Below, one piece after another: positions 39,230 to 52,035 of a stretch of DNA of 64,000 bases. The DNA comes from Oikopleura dioica (Eukaryota > Animalia > Chordata). The DNA lies in NCBI GenBank assembly GCA_907165135.1, contig OU015568.1, positions 7,006,001-7,070,000 on the forward strand. The letters run 5' to 3'. How positions within the stretch are numbered: the stretch's first letter is position 1; each line of letters starts with the position of its first letter. The notes below the pieces were generated by a model. The model was not told the DNA's origin, made no database searches, and saw nothing but the letters and a program-made list of their open reading frames with translations. A program made the position numbers and the translations under genes.

Positions 39230-39592
39230 TCTGTGACTTGCTGTCTTCTTCTTCTTTTTGTACTGTAAATCAAAATATAGTGCTTTTTTTGGTGCCCAGC
39301 CCCGTCCGGTCCATGAAAATGCCACGGGCGCGGTCATCCCGCACGTTCCAAAGCTGATGTTTGTTGCGGCTTACAACACGAAAAATTGCAAATTTGATAA
39401 AACTGCCTGCCTGCCCCGAATTTTTCCACAAACACGGAGTCCTGACCGAAGGGTCATCATTTTTATTCTGGGAGATGTAGATTTTTGCAATAAAAAGAGA
39501 TGAGAGGCCTTCAATTTCGCCTACTGTAAGCGAATTGAGTTGATAGTTTTTTTTTCGAATGAGTTTTTATTTGAAGTCTTCAAACGCAAGAA

Positions 39593-40417
39593 TCACTTTT
39601 TCGGAGGAAGAATTTTTGGCCAGTTTCTGATATTTTGAATTTTCCACTCAGGCTCTCCAAATGTCAATTTTCCATCTTCATTTCTCGCATACTCGTAGAC
39701 CTAGAAGAGGTTACAGATCATATTGAAGAAAATATGCTTACGAAATCAACAGCAAATCCGTAGAGGTAGATATCGGCATCTTCAGGCAGAACGACATAGG
39801 TGGGCTTTTCTTCGAGTTCGCAGAGGATTATACTTCTCATGTAGATTTCCGCGCAAAGGGCGTTGTTTTCTCGTGGAATGGCAGATTCGAGAAACAGTCG
39901 CGCTGAGACAATGTGCATGTTTTCCGGCTTGATTAGCGACACTATATTTTATCAGTTGAAGAAGAGGGAGGAAACGAAGGCTTACCAATGCGCCTATCTT
40001 TCTCAGAAATTTCTTTCCACTCTTTCTGAACCTGCGCGAGGGAATCATCGTCAGCACCGAAGTAGAACATGTTATTCAAGTCCTTTTTCGACCGACGATT
40101 CGAGCTTTTCAGTGACTCCACCAGCATTGAAAAGGCAAACTTAGTACCCTCTAGAAAGACCGGTTAATCCTCGTAAAAATCTCTTCGAAGAAACCTTTCA
40201 TCGTCGGCAAGTCAAACTCGGGCACTTTCCAGCCCATTTGCTGGAGTCTTGATTCAACGTTGTATTTGTCCTTTGAGTTGAAGATGCCCATCTTCGTCCT
40301 GGCTCCCTGTTTGCGAATGTAGTTCAGAATAAAGTTGTGCTGAGGGACGTACAAGGGCACAATGCCGACTTGACGCGTACTCGTTCTCAGTCTTTGGACC
40401 GATCTCATACTTCTCAA
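39593..40417 (-). CDS. Possible MAIP1 (C2orf47)-like / Tim44-fold mitochondrial protein
   Basis: R/S-rich presequence-like start, GTKFAFSMLVESL, C-terminal VYEYAR...GEPEWKIQNI (cf. MAIP1 YEFQR...PDWTIARI); similarity judged from memory. Confidence 0.5.
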
Positions 40418-40696
40418 AAATGGCTTTTGATAATTTTTCCTTTTTTATTGAAAAGCAGGTCATTGTCCAGTAGTCAAAGAAGAGCCAGCGATCCAAGACA
40501 TAATATATTAGCAACAGTTTCCAACGTGATTTACAGACAGATGATGACAGTACTGAATAGCAGTTGAACTTAATAATTTCGTTTTCAATTACATTTGGAA
40601 TAGAACTTAAATTGCACAATAACCGATAAATGAGACCTAAGGTAGAGAAAAAGAAAGATAAATTGACGCTAAGATGGTTCTCAATTTTTCAATTTT

Positions 40697-42995
40697 TTAG
40701 TTGAGAAGTGATTTGAGATGCTTAAAATACTCCTCAGCATGGGCATCTGCAGAGGGCATTTTCAGATCGTATCCACTGAAGTATTTTGACCAGACAAAGT
40801 CAGCGTGGAAGGCAGCTACAGAAGATGATTTAGGATTGTTGGAATCATGGAGGACTTACTTTGTTGTTCGTTGATGTGAACCTTCACTCCGGCGCTTTTG
40901 AGTCGCTCGGCGAACATGAGACCTTCGTCCTTGAGGGGATCGTATCCGGCGAAGAAGAAGTGTGTTTCTTGAGCTTGCTGGACAAGCGCATCTTTGGGAG
41001 GGAATTAATAAGCGCCTAGAATAAGCTTTTGTTTACCAGATGCGAAGAGAGGAGCGGCGCGGTAGTCGACCAATTTTGAAGCAGTCGTTGGCATCCAATC
41101 GGGAATTTCTTGTGCCATGAAGTCGCCAGCTGGAGGATTCCAGTTCTTACCGTCTGGGTTTTTGAAGGATCCCTCGTCGAAGTATTTGAAGGGGTCGGCC
41201 AAGGCGAACTGGGTCTTGTGCTTTTTCTTGGCTTGAAGATAAGCCGCGCCCTTTACGAATTCTCGGTGCTGGAATCAATGATTAAAATCGGGGGAAAGTT
41301 TTTACAGTACCTTTTGACTGTTCTCGCCGTTGACGTACATGGACCAGTACCAAGCTGTTTGAACTTCAGAAAGGCCAAAGTAACGGCTCAAAGAGTGCGA
41401 GGGAAGCGTCCAGAGAAGCGTTTGAGTGGCTGGGTTTTGCACCGAGACGGCTACAAAGAACAGCGTTAATTTCAGAGAGTTTTCAAGAGTTATGGGAACA
41501 TGCTCTATCTCGCTGTTAGCGAGATGTCCAAGCAAGATCCGTCAAAAATTCACTACATAATGGTGTCAGAAGTAGTAAAATCGTGATTAAACAACGGGAT
41601 TAACATCACCGCAAGTTATATTTTATCGGACTTTTATGGTTAGCAAGCAAGAAGTTCCTTACTGACAGTAATAAACTGAATTTCAACGAAGAAAGCACAA
41701 GTATAAATTACCATTGAAGTCATTCTTTCTAGAACAAAAATAGTTTCTTGTTGAAAAACTATGAATCGTGTTAGTTTGTTATTTTCCAAGTTAGTTGTAA
41801 GTAACTAAACTTTCTTATGTTCCTTGGTTGACGAAAATTTAGACCAAAATGAGTTCAATGACACAGTTCCAAAATGCGCAAGACCCTTACTACAGCTGGA
41901 CAGCTATAAAAGTCGCCCTATTCGTCATGGTTCTCGTCAATTTTATAAGCATTATTCGACTCGCAAAAGAATACAAGTTTTTAGAATGAAAAACTGTCAA
42001 TAAACCTTCAAATTTATCAAAGAAAATTGAAACTACCATTTTCAAAACGGTGTTTTCATTAAATTTTTGACTTACTTTTGAACAATTTCTTCTCCATAGT
42101 CAGCGAAACAGACAAAGCCATGGCAGCGCCAGTTCCATCTCCAGAAAGAACGACATTATTCTACGATAGCAAGATAAGTCGCTTATCAGTAGAATAAGTA
42201 CTTTACCGGGTTGATTTTCAAAGCATCGGCATTGGCAAAAACGTAAGTCGCGGCGTCAAGGCAATCTTCAAAGGGCGCAGGAAACGCGTTCTCTGGCGCT
42301 TGGCGGTAGTTTGGACTTTATCAAAATGGCTCGATAAATGCTTACGATCAAAATTATTATTCTTGGAAAAAAGCCGTAAAAAAAGACTTATTTTTACGGT
42401 AGTGTCTTTCGAGCCAACCTGATAACAACTGATCCAGTTTCTTTGGCCAAGTTCTGGAGGTAAGTTCTGTAGTACTCGACGTCAGCAAAACTCCAACCGT
42501 TTCCGTAGATGTAGAAGATCGCAGGGTTACCTGAAGACTTGGCGTTTGGTGGAGTGAAAGTGTAGAGATTGTAGTTGTTTCGTTCGATGAAATCGTTAGT
42601 TACGCCTTCGACGTCCTGATGAAGAGAGGCAATGCCGGAAAATGCCGATCTGAGGTACGCAACTTCAGTAGACGGGGAAATGATTCGGATGTAGTGGCCG
42701 ACTTTGTAGATCGCTTTTCCGAAGAAAAGGCCAGCACTGCGAGGGTAGCGGTCTTCGATGTTCTCTGGCAGTGGAGTGTAGCACTTGTAGCTCAAGACGG
42801 CGAAGATGAGCGCCCATTCCCACCACGCTGTTCCTTCGTCTTTCTTTGGCTTCTTCTTTTTCTTCTTACCTTCCTAAAACAATCTGGTGAAGACTGAAAC
42901 GGTCACAAATGATGTACCTTTTTAGTTTCGGGATTTTCGGCTCCCTCTTCGGGCTTCTCCTCGACTTCCTGTTCCTTATTTTCCTCCTCTGCCAT
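40697..42995 (-). CDS. AADAC/NCEH1-like alpha/beta hydrolase, predicted catalytically inactive
   Basis: TM segment WWEWALIFAVLS; PAIFYIYGNGW; PNYRQAPENAFPAPFEDC; VVLSGDGTG; AGYDPLKDEG; FHADF. Confidence 0.85.
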
Positions 42996-43047
42996 TCTGA
43001 AACAACTCAAATTCAAGATAGGGCATTAGATTCTGGACAGTGATGGT

Positions 43048-43662
43048 TTATAAGTTCCATTTTATACATCTGGTTTCTTCGTGAGTACTTTTACACTTGA
43101 TTTTGCAGTAAGAAGCGCCGCAAACAACACATTTATATTTCCCATAGTCGCCGCAGACGGCGCAAAGTTTCATCGGAGGGCGAATAGCTGGAGGAGCGGC
43201 GATTGAAAAATATGACGGGGCTGGCTCCTCGGGATTCGGATTTGATTGCTGTTTTCTGGTTCAAAAGGTTTTCAGTGATAAAGAAGAAAAAAGAGGGAAC
43301 CAAACTTTATTCGCTGCTCTTCCTCGGCCATGAGAATTTCAAAAGTCTTTCGGAATCTCGTTTTGAAATGATCGCCTCTGATTGTTTTCGTCTTCTTCTT
43401 GCTCTCCAGCCTCGGTCGTTTTATCATTGGACCCCCTGCCTCTACAATTTCATTTTCAAGCGGCTGAATCTTTCACGCTCCTACCTTTTCGTTCAGCAGC
43501 TCTCATCGCTCGTTCCTTGTCCAGTTGCTCGTACATTTGCGCTAGAACGCCTTCCCTGTCGCCTTGAAAATTGTCGCGATCGAGACTTTCCACGAACTTA
43601 TCCGTTCGTTTCTGCCGAGCGAAATCATCCAGGATTCTTACGTCGCGACGATTTCGCTTCAT
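43048..43662 (-). CDS. ZNHIT1: Zinc finger HIT domain protein 1 (Vps71/p18Hamlet, SRCAP complex)
   Basis: RILDDFARQKR...SLDRDNFQGD; RGDHFKTRFRKTF; CAVCGDYGKYKCVVCGASYCKIKCKSTHEETRCIKW. Confidence 0.94.
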
Positions 43663-43777
43663 CTTCAAAATTGCCTTTTTAAAATTGAGCAAAAGAGTAG
43701 ATAATTGACAGTGTATTTGTCTGTGTAAGTGCAGCAGTGAAATATAAGTGAAGGAGAGGTGTGAGTGTAGAATTTGG

Positions 43778-46661
43778 TCAATAGTTGGTAGAACGAGTTC
43801 TTCGACCCCGTCCACGGCCAATTGAAATGCGTGATGAGGTTTGCAGGTCTGGAAATGGAATGGGCTTTTGGATACTTTTAGAGGAGGACACCTTGTTTTC
43901 CTCGATTCGGATCAGTCTTTCTGTGTCTTCTAGTCGCAGTCTTGCTTTTTTCGGAGTTGAAAACCGGTCTTTTAGTTAAAGAATTATTCTTTAGTTATAA
44001 AAGGTTATAAAGGGTTATAACTCGTTCCTCGGCCACCGCCAGATGGATGCCTTATTATCCAGTTACTCGATGAGGATGATGATGTAGACAGACCCCTTGG
44101 TCGATATGATTTTCTTTCTATGCCCTTTTCGCTTTCTCTATTTTGGAATTCTGAATTTCTTTGATTGGAATTGTAGTCGCCATTTGGACCCAGCTGTTCG
44201 TCGGTAGGATCTTCGTATCGCTCGCTGAAATTCGACTGCAAATTGGTGACAGAGGATTCAAGTCGAGAATAAGACTGGTGATCAGTGCCGTCGGATTCAC
44301 GCTTTATTTTGGAGGTATTCTTTCTGCTTGGTATCATACTATGTTGAGTGCCATTGTAGATCTCGTCCGACGAAAAGCTCGTATTGAACTTTGAACTGCC
44401 GTAATCTGGAATCTGGTCGAATCCAGCTCGATTTCGATCTTCATAAGCAAAGTGTTCGTTTTCATTCTCGTAGTTTTCTTCTTCCTCGTAGTACTTTTCC
44501 GCTTGAGTCTCTGGCTGATAGTACTGGCTTTCACTTTCTTCGTAATTCGGATTTTCATGGTCATAATTTTGATAATGCTCATTCTCGTAATATTCTCCTT
44601 CATTCTCTTCCTGATGATGATTCGATTGAAAGTCGTGATTTCCATTAGTGTACTGACTCTCCTCTTGTCCTCCGTAATTTTCAGCATCATCATATTCTTG
44701 ATAGCGCTCCTCTCCATTCTCATAATACTCTCCTTGCTGTTGTTGATGATGATTAACATGATGATTCCCTGATTGAAAATCATCAACCTCAACTTCTTCA
44801 TAATTTCCATCATAATCGTAATCATAATGCTGATGATTGCTTTCGCTATTTTCATAATACTGAGTACTACTCTCATCATATTCATTTGCGTTGTACGCCG
44901 CAGCATGCTCATTCTGATTCCTCCAGTTTGCTTTCTGATCGTTTACAGATTCTCCAGCTAAGTTCTGAACTAGCGGAGATGGTTGCCTATTGGTAGGCGT
45001 CGCTCCTCGTAGCTGAACATCCGGTAGAGCTTGAATTCTTTGCTGATGCCGACTGGGCACTCCCGTGTTCAGCATGTCAGTCTGGCGCTGCTGTTGCCTC
45101 CTCTCGTAGTTGATTGCCTGCTGTGTTGGCTCATGCTTGAATGTCGTAAATTGACAGCGCGCCTTGCTCAGTTTCGACTCTGGTTCGTGATTGCTCAGGT
45201 CTTCGATTCCGTCCAAATATCCAAGATGCTTCAGATGATCCGTCAGTAAATACGCAGTCCGGTAACAGTCCATTTGGCTGCAGTAATCGCAGTCGATGTC
45301 GTGATGAAAATCGCAGCGAATTTGGTTTCGCGAGAAAAGAGGTTTGTCGAACATTTCTCGGATTTTTTCGCGAGTCGGTATTTCATGCGGATTTCCGGGG
45401 TTCTCTTCATTTCTTCGCCGGTAAAGATTCTTGATGATCTCGAAGAAGTCGATCGGCATGGGAAGCCGCGTTGTGAAATACTTTTCGTTTTCGGGCGAGT
45501 TTTGGGAGAGATCGGTGTAAACCGATTCTGAAACAAGTAAATTATTCGATCAATAAGAAAACAAGCTGTGTTTACCGTGCGTCTGAAGCCACTGAGTACA
45601 ATACTCCGATCTTCCTTTTTGCTCCTCGACGCAGAACGTATTCATCAAAAGATTCTCCTGGTCATCTTGGAGGTACAAAATATCGTCGTCAGATTTAATC
45701 TGACTCTCGTGGAGAAAATCGACGAGTTTGCACCAAATTCCGCTGATGCCGTAATCGTTGATGAGTTTAGCCACTTCGTCCCCGTTGACTGGATTGAACG
45801 GGTCGATGTGATGCGTTTGAGTCGCGTGTTGCCGACATTCCGCCTGGAAAAGCAACGATAGAGGGCTAGAGCATTTTTTGTGTTACCATCATGCCGAGAG
45901 GTGGAGGACCAGGGTCGATTATTTCGTGATAGAAGTTGACTATTCCGTGCTGCAAGGAATAACTCATGATGCACATTTCCATTGGACGGAAACCCTGCTC
46001 GTCGGGATCGTCAAATTGACTCTGGAAGTGAATGAAGAGCAATTCACTGCCTTCGTAGAGAAACGAATCCACATACTCGCTCGTCACCTGACTCGATATT
46101 GCGTCGTTTTTCTTCGTTTCTTCGTCGTAGTCGACGTGGTTCACGACTGAAAAAAATGGTAAGGGCCTCCATCATTTTCTTCATCACCTGGAAGTCCGAA
46201 ACAATTGAGTTTTTCGTGGTCAGGACGGGCGTTTCTTCCGTGCGTCGCGATCTTCCACTCCTCTGCTCTGTCCTCGTACGGCTTCTTTTCAGCTTTGCTT
46301 TTTTCGCGTTACGAACCATAAGTAAAAATTGGCTTTTAATTAACTCTATTTATTTTTCAAAGAAATTATCAGTGATGATGATTGGTCTAGCAAATGCACT
46401 TAGCCTTTAATATGAGGAAATCTTACCGCCCCAGTCTGAGCTACTGTAATTAAAACTACCAACAATATGTCCCTAACTTGGGACGATTTGAATACAAATC
46501 TCAAGAAAGAACACGAGCCTGAGCGCCTTCCAATCAGCTAGTAAATATGGAACTGCCTCTTGTTTGTGATTGATTCGAATGCCCTGTTCTCTCAGTTGAG
46601 GTATGAAGTCGTCCATGTAGAAGTTGAACCCATTTTTGAGATTTTTCTTTACAGGCGGCAT
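43778..46661 (-). CDS. MAEL: Maelstrom (HMG box, MAEL domain, long low-complexity tail)
   Basis: HMG-like KNGFNFYMDDFIPQLREQG..W; PMEMCIMSYSLQHGIVNFYHEIIDPG; ATQTHHI; CDFHHDIDCDYCSQMDCYRTAY (EHHC zinc ligands). Confidence 0.9.
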
Positions 46662-47185
46662 TGTTCTCTGAAACGTCGACTATTTTACTTTAACTCTTAT
46701 AAATAGTATCTAGAACAATGGAAATATCCCTTCCTGGATGAGTCCCAAAGTTAAAACTGAAGGAAATGAATCTACGAGGCATTTGATCAACCATCTGCGA
46801 TGTAAGGATGCAATTTACTTTGCAGAAACGATGAATCTTGTCTTTTATAAATATATTTATTCGACTAAAATTGGGCAGCAGTTGAACAGATTTGAAAAAA
46901 AACATGTCGAAAAGAGTTGTAAAACGAGGGCCGGATGATCACGGCTCTTAATAAATTTAAAAAGTGCCTGCAGTTTAAAATTGCAGCATTTTTGTTTGGT
47001 AAAGCCACAGCTGGAAGACAATAAAATTCGATAATAGAATAGATAAAAAATGAAACGTTTTCACAATGTACGTTTGAAAGAAAAAAAGAAAGTTTTAACG
47101 GCTGTCGATTTGTTCTTTGAAAATGAATTTTAGAGATTTTTGAAATTGAGACTTTTGAGATTGAACTAATGGAAGACGCGAAATA

Positions 47186-47668
47186 TTAAAGTTTGAGGCA
47201 CCAGGACTTGGAGACCCGGCGGGCTGAGCATTTCTTTTGGTGGCGACGAAGGCCGTCTTGGGAAGCGCACGACTTCTTGCATAAAACACAATTGTAGAAC
47301 TTTTTCTTTTCAGGCGTTGGCGGGTGGAGAGAGCCATTTGCTGGCTGCTCGGGCCGTTGGGGTCGATGGATTCGCAGGCCGAAGCGGCGGGAGCAGAATT
47401 TGTGGTGGTTCTTGCGCTCTGTCGCGGTTTTCAGCTTTATATGGCACTAGAACTGGTGTTGATTGTTAATAAAGGGATGAAAACTTACCTTCGGGCAATC
47501 TTTGTGAGTTTTGTTGAGATGCTGAGCAACTTCCAAATGCGATCGGAAAAAGGCATTGCACAAGAGGCACTGCACCTTTTCCACTTTCTTCCTTTCGCTA
47601 TTTCTCTGGGCGCGCACTAATGAGGTATTTCCGAAAATTGGTCGAAAAACCGGCTCATTCTCGCCCAT
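47186..47668 (-). CDS. Small zinc-finger protein (C2H2 plus two C2HC-type fingers)
   Basis: CLLCNAFFRSHLEVAQHLNKTH; CPK|CHIKLKTATERKNHHKFC; YNCVLCKKSCASQDGLRRHQKKC; TTCAG acceptor just upstream of the ATG. Could instead be fused to the upstream gene. Confidence 0.7.
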
Positions 47669-47869
47669 CGATTTCGTATCTGAACAAAGTAAAATGAAAG
47701 CTACGTCAGCTAAAGTTACTGTTATAAATATTGATTGAGCGTGTTTTTCAATGGGTTCGCTGTCCGTAAAAGATAAAAAAAATATAGAAACAGGGTTTGG
47801 CAGTTTGAAAATTAACAAAAAAAATGTGGGAAATAGTGATGAATTGTGAGCTAAGGAGTGTGTTAGAAC

Positions 47870-50800
47870 TTATGAAGCTGAGCATGTGCTGTTTGCTCGA
47901 GCGGGCTTTCCCTCTTCCTCAGCAGCATCAGCGGCTTCTTCCTCGGCTTCTTCCTCGGCTTCTTCATCAGCTTCTTCTTCAGCTTCTGGCTCATCCTCTT
48001 CTTGAACCTGAGGATAGCTAATCTCTATAATGTCTCCAGATTCCATATCCAGCTCTTTTACGACATCATCGCTTTGATTTCGGGTTTGGGACTTGATTTT
48101 TTTTATCACAGGAAGTTGTGTCTTTTTTTAGCTACTAATTGGGTCAATTAGTAAATTTCTGCGAAATAAGAAAAAATAAATTTAAAGAAAATGCTGTCAG
48201 AAAATATCAATCGAGCTCTCTTCGATAGACTCTTTCTTCTGAGCGTCTTGTTGCTTAGTCGGCCGTGAAGGGAGATACCTCGTGAGGACTGAAGCTACCC
48301 GTCTGTTAGAATAGCGCCGGGAGAAACGTCCGTTTACTCCAAGCTCTTGGCGGCGCCCAATGGCGCACCACGCGCGCCGCCGCTCATTTCAAAGTTGAAA
48401 ATCATCTTGGTTCGCTGAATTTACCGCCAAAAGCCCCCTAAACTGCTGGCTACTGTATTTCCCATCGATTGATAGTTGAAGATGTACATTCTACCTCTAT
48501 CTCTTTAATTATTTTCTTTGAGAGAAATCAATAGTCGATGGAATAAGAAATCCAGCTTGGAAAAGAAATCGTAAACTCGATAAAAAATGGTTCGTTCTGG
48601 CATTTTTTCCATCAGTTCTAACAAAAATGGTTCGATCTAACTAGCACTCGACACTCCGCAAAAGTCAGGTGAGTAGCTACAGCATCATCAAACTCGAATC
48701 GAACTAACCGACCTCCAAAGAGGGTCGCGCTCTTTTTCACAATTTGAATTTCAAAAAAAGATATTTGCTTGAATGTTTGATTTATCGACAACCGTTTTTT
48801 TGCGAAAAAACACGAAATAAAATAGAACACGGAATGTTTCTTTGAATTCCAAACCCGATGCCTGGTGCAATCTTCGCCATCAAACTCGAAATTGACGCCT
48901 TCTTTTGGCCATTTTGTCTTCTCGAAGAGCTCAGCAATCGTCATGTTTTCATCGCCATATGCTTTGAATACATCGTCTCGACCTTCGCCTTTTTGGAACA
49001 CTAGAAGCATTGATTACTATTTCTCTAATGAAGTCTTACCAATATGGAAGGATTCCACCACTCTTGGCTTTTTCGTTGGCTTGGTGAGTTTCTCGACGAC
49101 AGGGACTTCTTTAATGACGTTTGTTTGCGCGCTATTCTTCTTGTCGAAAACTAGAATCTTGACCTGCCTGTTATTCGAAGTTATTTGGAAGTCAATGTAG
49201 GACATTTGGTGTTCCGGCCAAATTCTGTCCACTTGTTTTTCTTCGAAATAATCAGTGGCGTCGGTGGAGAAGAAATACATTCGGAGTTCTTTTCCTTTGA
49301 AATCCGGGTTCGACATTTCGACGAATTGCATTATCGCCTTAGCAGAGGTCTCTTTCGTGACATCAATATTGACCCATTCTTCGAACATAGGCATGAATAC
49401 GCTGATTTGGTCCTTCCCAACCGGCTGTTGCTTTTTCGCTGCTGCTTTGCCCCTGCCCTTTCTTTTAGGTGTAGCCTTTTTCTTCTTGCTAAAATAGAGG
49501 GTGGTTATTCTAGCAGGGAAATATTCTAGGATGCGCCTCTTTTCTCATATTTCTAAGACTAGGTAAGTAATACTTACGCGGCAGTGAGTTTCTTCAGTTG
49601 AGCCATGATGGACTTCCTATCCTTTGAAACCTCTGGCGCAGGATCTTTCTTCTTTCTTCCCCGCCTAGCTCTTGTTTTTGGACGACTAGAAGAGCCTTCG
49701 CCATCCTCATTGGCGATGGAATCGTTGGACGATTGCCTGGAAACTGAGGGACCGCTTTTAGCTGATCCAGGAGATGAAGCACCAGAGCGATTTTTGCCAC
49801 GTGTCTTTTTCTTGCTCGCCTCGTTGAAGATCTGCTCCATAACTGAGTCATTGAGCTAAAAAAAAAGAATCAAGGAAGAGAACTTCCGTACTGATTTTTA
49901 CCGAAACATTGAGGCTTGAATTTCCAGGCGACTTTGGTGGCGATTGTGATTTTCCTGGCGACTTTTCTCGAAGACTCTTTCGCAGATCCTTGATGGTCCC
50001 CAAATCGCTCTAAAATGAATGTTCATCTTTACGGTTATCTTGCGAAAAATTACATTTGTTGACTCTGGCGGTTCTTGACTGGGTTGATCATTGTTCTGCT
50101 CTTCTTGATTGGGGATGCTAGAGGAATTATTGAAGAAAGATTCTTCATCGGAAGATTGCAAATCCAGATTCGGCTTTTCGCTTTTCACAGGTGATTTCTT
50201 CTCTTGCTTGACAGAAGTCGGTGATGTCTCCAATTTCGCGGTTTTTCGACGGCCTTTAGCTCCCGAAATTAGCTTATTGAGGTAGTCTGCTTCTTCTTTT
50301 TCGTCCTTTACTTTTTCTTTTACAACTTTTTTAATTTCTTCATCCGTAGAAGTGCTTTCGTCTTCCTCGGAGCTTGATGGTCGATACGCCGGCTTAATAT
50401 CTTTTATGAACAACTAATTCAAGAAAAACGAGGATTTTTAAAAACATACCATGAAATTTCGTTTTCTGCTTGGAACTGGCATTTCCTCTTGAACATGGCT
50501 CTCCGCCGGTACAGCTGCTGGCGAATCCTCTTTGTCCTCACCTTCTCTATCAGTATTTGACATTTGAACTCTCGCTTCTGGTGGAGTGTCAATCAAAGGC
50601 GTCTCAATAAGCTCTGCAGAGTCTGCATCCTCCTCATCAGAGGAGTCGAGAAGAGCGCGCGCTCTCGCTTCTTTCGCCCTTTTCTTTTCTTCTTTTTTTC
50701 GTGCGTTTTCTTTTTCTTCCTTTACTCTTCGCTTTTCGCCCTCTTTTTTTATTCGATTCTCATCCTTGATCTTTTTCTCATCTTTGATCTTTTTCTCATT

Positions 50801-51763
50801 CTTTATTTTTATTTTGAGCTCTTTTTTGTCGTCCTCTTTAGGTGAGTTTCTCGAGTTTTTCTCTTGCAGAACCGGCATTTTCTCTGGCGAAGAACTGTTA
50901 TTCTTATTTGAAACGTCGCTTGGCAGTGTTTTTGGGTTGATATAATCTTCACTTTCGGAGTCGCTTGGTTCCGTTTCAATTTCAGGACGCGGAGTGTCGA
51001 GCCTTTTTGCAGCCTCTGGCTTGATATCATCTGCATCGGAATCGCTGTTTGCTTCCAGCGTTGTTTCGGGGAATGTTTCTGTTTCAGGCAGATTCGGTGA
51101 TTCAGGCTTTCTCACTGGTGTTTCTGGGATTTTTGCAGGCTCTGATGGAGAAACTTTGTCGTTCTCATTCAGTGTCAAGTTTTCGATGTCAGAACAATCG
51201 TCAGAAGACTCAATCGGTACACGATTTTTCACTGGCTTGATCGATGCAGGCTTTGCAGCTTTAGGAATTGGTGGTTCCTCATCTTCATCGCTGGAATCAT
51301 CAAAAATGGCATTGACCTTCTTCATCGTTGCAGCAGAAGAAGAACGCCTCGATTTTAATCTCGTCTGATTTGGTTGGCATGGCTTGCTTGTCGAGGGTTT
51401 TTCTGGATCCCAGTCGCTGTCTGAATCGGAATCGCTATCTACTCGTTTTTGCTCCTTTTTGACTTTGGGAGTTCGTTTTTTCTCTTTTTTCGGAGCCTGT
51501 TTTTGCTCATTTTTCGGCGTGCGTTTCTCCTTCTTGTCCTGGTGAAATTTCAATGCGTCTTGGATTTCAGGATCTGGAGGGATGCATTTGTCTTCGATGA
51601 TCATGCACTCGTCTGGAATGTCATCGCCGACGATCATGCACTCTTCATCAACAGGAACACGGTTTTGCTCATCCTCGCTGCTGAGAATCACGGTGACCTC
51701 TGCTTCCAATTTCGGTTTTTTTGTAGAGCTCGATCGCGAATTTCTCTGTCGTTTTCTCGCCAT
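47870..51763 (-). CDS. SIM-rich disordered protein with C-terminal SUMO-like domains (Rad60/Esc2/NIP45-like architecture)
   Basis: Long K/E/S-rich ORFs with VTVILSSEDE and CMIVGDD..CMIIEDK; Ubl-like ORF 49017-49394; NFEFDGE and KELDMESGDIIEISY (cf. NIP45 DLGMESGDLIEV). Confidence 0.6.
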
Positions 51764-52035
51764 TCTCGATGTCGATTACTCTGAAACATCTTTCGTGATT
51801 TTCTAATTTGATATCTTCCATGTCTCCAAATGCCGTTTTTTGTAGCGAAAAAGTACCATTTTTGTATATTCGTTTTTAGCAGGAAGAATAAAAAATAAAA
51901 ACAAAGTAATTTTCAGAATTCAATTTTTGGCGCTGTCACGCGGAAGTCGCCAGAGTGAGTAAAGCATTAACGTTGACTCAACGGCCCCTGGTCTTCTTTG
52001 ACTTATGCAATTCTTAACTTCTGACTTCTCCATTA

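Noticed and set aside
44334-44912. 192-aa Met/Ile-rich ORF and opposite-strand hydrophobic ORFs
   Set aside because: Alternative frames of the low-complexity MAEL tail.
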